A stretch of DNA of 64,000 nt from an uncultured bacterium (GTDB lineage Bacteria > Myxococcota_A > UBA796 > CAJQPC01). Made by a program: the position numbers and the translations under genes. The DNA lies in contig CAJQPC010000145.1 of assembly GCA_905480105.1 (NCBI GenBank), positions 7,234 to 71,233 of the forward strand, in the 5' to 3' direction. Shown piece by piece: positions 61,892 to 64,000 of this stretch. Positions within the stretch are counted from its first letter, which is position 1. Each line of letters starts with the position of its first letter. A model generated the notes under the pieces. It searched no databases. It worked only from the letters and a program-made list of their open reading frames with translations, and was not told where the DNA came from.

Positions 61892-64000
61892 GTGAGCGGG
61901 CTCCCCGCCCCAACACCCCAGGCCGAAGACGCCTACGTCTCCTTCTTTGCCAATGAGAGCGAGGAGGCGCTGGTTCAAGCCATCCAGGCCAGCATGCGTG
62001 CTGGCCGTCCTGCTCTGGCTGGACGTCTTGTGGGGATGCTCGCCAGCGAGAGCGAGGACCCGGATGTGCTCAAGGCACGCCGGGCTGCGCGCATGCTCTG
62101 TCTGAGTGCCCCGACCCACTGGGAGGAGGAACTCCAGGACTTGCTCGAGAGGGTACGGGAGCGTCACCTACAACGGGCCACCAGCCGTTCTCGCCGCCGA
62201 CTCAAGCACCCCGGCCGAGTGGGCATCCACCCCAAGGACCGTGCCCGTTCTCGGATTCAGAGGGGTGATGCGGGCTCTGCACCGCCGGACAAGCCTTCCA
62301 CGGATTATGCAGTCATGGCCATGCCTAGTCCCCGCGAGCGCCTGCATGCCCTTGGGCGTGCCCTGATTCTACCCTTCGCCCGGCGTTGGTCCGCGATGGA
62401 CGAGCGCCAGCGCCGTCACGCCTACGCCTTGGGCCTGATGGGCATGTTGGCTCTGGCCAACTTCCTGGTCTACACCACCTGGTTTGTAGAGGATGCGGGC
62501 ATCTCCATGGCCTACGCCCGCAATGCTGCGGCCGGAGAGGGCTGGGTCACCTACGCTGGCGGCGAGCGGGTCGAGGGCTTCTCCAATCCCCTCTGGACCT
62601 TCCTGATGGGTCTGGGCTACCTGGTCGGCATCAACGGCTTTGTCAGCTCCAAGCTGATGGGCGCAGTCTTTGGCTTGGCCTGTCTGCCTCTCTCTTATGC
62701 CTTGGCTCAGGAAGCCCGATTTGAACGGAGTACCCGTAGTGGAGGGGACAACTTCCCACTGCTGGCACCCCTGCTGGTCTGCTTGTCCACCACGGTGGCT
62801 GTTTGGCACGGCTCCGGCCTTGAGAACAGCCTGTTCAACGTGTTGTTGCTCACCGGTATGTGGCGCACCCTGGTCGAGGGCCGGGATGGAGAGCACCGCT
62901 TTCCTCTGAGCGCTTTGGCTTTTGTGGGCTTGGCTGCGACCCGTCCGGAAGGCATCGCATACGGGGCTGTGGGTGGCTTTTTTTCCCTGGTGTTGGCCCT
63001 TCGCAACGGCAAGGGTTGGGTCCGTAAGGTGGGCCTGTGGCTGGGGGTCTTCTTTGTGCCCTATGGCCTGTTCCAGACCTGGCGTGTGTCCTACTTCGCG
63101 TGGCCCTTTCCCAACACCTACTATGCCAAGGTGGACGGCGAGAATCGCTTCCAGCCCTGGCGCTGGACCTCTCGTGGCTGGGACTACCTGCGCAACTACC
63201 TGCGGGCCTACCACTTGGGGATGTTTGCTCCGCTCATCGGCCTGGGATTGGTCACGCTCAAGGACTGGCGAAAGTGGGTGTTCACCTTCGGCGCGCTCCT
63301 CGCGGGCATTCTGATCGTCTGGGACGGCCGCGCAGGCCTGCCCGATGACTTTGATCCCGAGTGGCTGAACTGGCTGCAGCGCCATTGGGACCGCACCCGC
63401 ATCACCACCGTATTGGTTGTGGCCGCAAGCACCCTGCTCCTCTCTTCCAAGGAGGCTTTCCAGACCCGCTTGGGTGTCTGCCTGATGGGCTTGGGCGCGC
63501 TCTTGCTGGGTGCGTACGGTCTGCCAGAGACCGTGCCCGATAGCTTGGTCACTGGCTTGAGCTACGGAGGGGCAGCGGTCATGGTGCTCAGCTTGATGGT
63601 GCACCTGGATCGCGGCGGCGCGGCTCGGGGCTTGATGGGCAGCATCTGCGCGGTGGGTGGCTTTTTCGTGCTGTATAGCGGCGGCGACTGGATGGCCCAG
63701 TGGCGTTTCGTCTCCTACATCATCATCCCCTTGCTGACCCTGGTCGCGGTGGGGCTCGCTGAGCTCTTGGAGTCTCTGCCTTTTGGGCACACGAAGGTGG
63801 TTCGCTGGGCCCTGGGCGTCCCGCTTGTTTTACTCTTCGCCGCGCCCAACCTCTGGCAAGCCCTCCACGCCGGAGGCCAGCCGGTCACCAGTGTCAACGA
63901 CGTGCACCAGCGCGTTCGCTACATGCAGACCGTCCAGGACCGTATGCACATCGATCGGGTCAGCCTCTTCGATGTGGACATGGGCGCCCACATGTATTTT
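61892..64000 (+). CDS. large polytopic membrane protein, GT-C-type glycosyltransferase-like, 3' end outside window
   Basis: Uninterrupted frame from GTG 61892 to the window end (703 codons, hand-translated). It is absent from the ORF track because there is no stop codon. Motifs FVEDAGISMAYARNAAAGEGWVTYAGGERVEGFSNPLW, ATRPEG and FPNTYYAK, plus more than 10 TM helices. Start is uncertain (alternative ATGs near 62307 and 62396). Confidence 0.6.
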   Translation, partial: MSGLPAPTPQAEDAYVSFFANESEEALVQAIQASMRAGRPALAGRLVGMLASESEDPDVLKARRAARMLCLSAPTHWEEELQDLLERVRERHLQRATSRSRRRLKHPGRVGIHPKDRARSRIQRGDAGSAPPDKPSTDYAVMAMPSPRERLHALGRALILPFARRWSAMDERQRRHAYALGLMGMLALANFLVYTTWFVEDAGISMAYARNAAAGEGWVTYAGGERVEGFSNPLWTFLMGLGYLVGINGFVSSKLMGAVFGLACLPLSYALAQEARFERSTRSGGDNFPLLAPLLVCLSTTVAVWHGSGLENSLFNVLLLTGMWRTLVEGRDGEHRFPLSALAFVGLAATRPEGIAYGAVGGFFSLVLALRNGKGWVRKVGLWLGVFFVPYGLFQTWRVSYFAWPFPNTYYAKVDGENRFQPWRWTSRGWDYLRNYLRAYHLGMFAPLIGLGLVTLKDWRKWVFTFGALLAGILIVWDGRAGLPDDFDPEWLNWLQRHWDRTRITTVLVVAASTLLLSSKEAFQTRLGVCLMGLGALLLGAYGLPETVPDSLVTGLSYGGAAVMVLSLMVHLDRGGAARGLMGSICAVGGFFVLYSGGDWMAQWRFVSYIIIPLLTLVAVGLAELLESLPFGHTKVVRWALGVPLVLLFAAPNLWQALHAGGQPVTSVNDVHQRVRYMQTVQDRMHIDRVSLFDVDMGAHMYF

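Noticed and set aside
1-64000. CRISPR arrays, rRNA or tRNA genes, transposases, integrases, prophage or toxin-antitoxin modules.
   Set aside because: None was seen. There are no short direct-repeat/spacer arrays, no recombinase-like ORFs and no obvious compositional island. The window looks like core chromosome.

Overview
This is a GC-rich, gene-dense chromosomal window with strong G/C at third codon positions, about 60 genes, and many 1- or 4-nt start/stop overlaps. I saw no rRNA, tRNA, CRISPR array, transposase or integrase. The gene content points to a Myxococcota/Bradymonadota-like organism (inference). It has two Ser/Thr kinases with Pro-rich linker, TM and PEGA-like tails, a MYXO-CTERM-type sorting tail, an ECF sigma/anti-sigma pair, many lipoproteins, an HTTM protein and GldAFG-like ABC genes.

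Main blocks:
- An exported TldD/TldE-like peptidase pair.
- A minus-strand cluster: Oar-like TonB-dependent receptor, two coupled lipoproteins, a sulfotransferase and a SAM methyltransferase.
- A kinase coupled to a UbiA-family decaprenyl-phosphate phosphoribosyltransferase-like enzyme.
- Two head-to-head DksA paralogs next to a compact Tad/Flp pilus locus whose TadZ/CpaE-like and TadA/CpaF ATPases are fused into one gene.
- Housekeeping genes: lgt, radC, gpsA, crcB, pspA.
- A GldA/F/G-like ABC operon, divergent from a 1373-aa Asp/Cys-rich lipoprotein that ends in a lamin-tail domain and a CxxCH (planctomycete-cytochrome-like) domain.

Strongest hidden signal: a TlpA/redoxin-like lipoprotein gene (44201-44725, minus) that the ORF track splits in two. 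The only interruption is an in-frame TGA exactly where the first Cys of the CxxC motif belongs (U-P-Y-C), followed 9 nt later by a SECIS-like hairpin. This is a candidate selenoprotein.

Other points worth a second look: an HTTM gene whose conserved N-terminus lies upstream of any canonical start codon, a possible frameshifted gene remnant, a secreted protein with five tandem CDDAFY...C repeats, and a recurring class of very short uncharged lipoprotein signal peptides.

All family calls come from motif recognition by eye. No database search was run.
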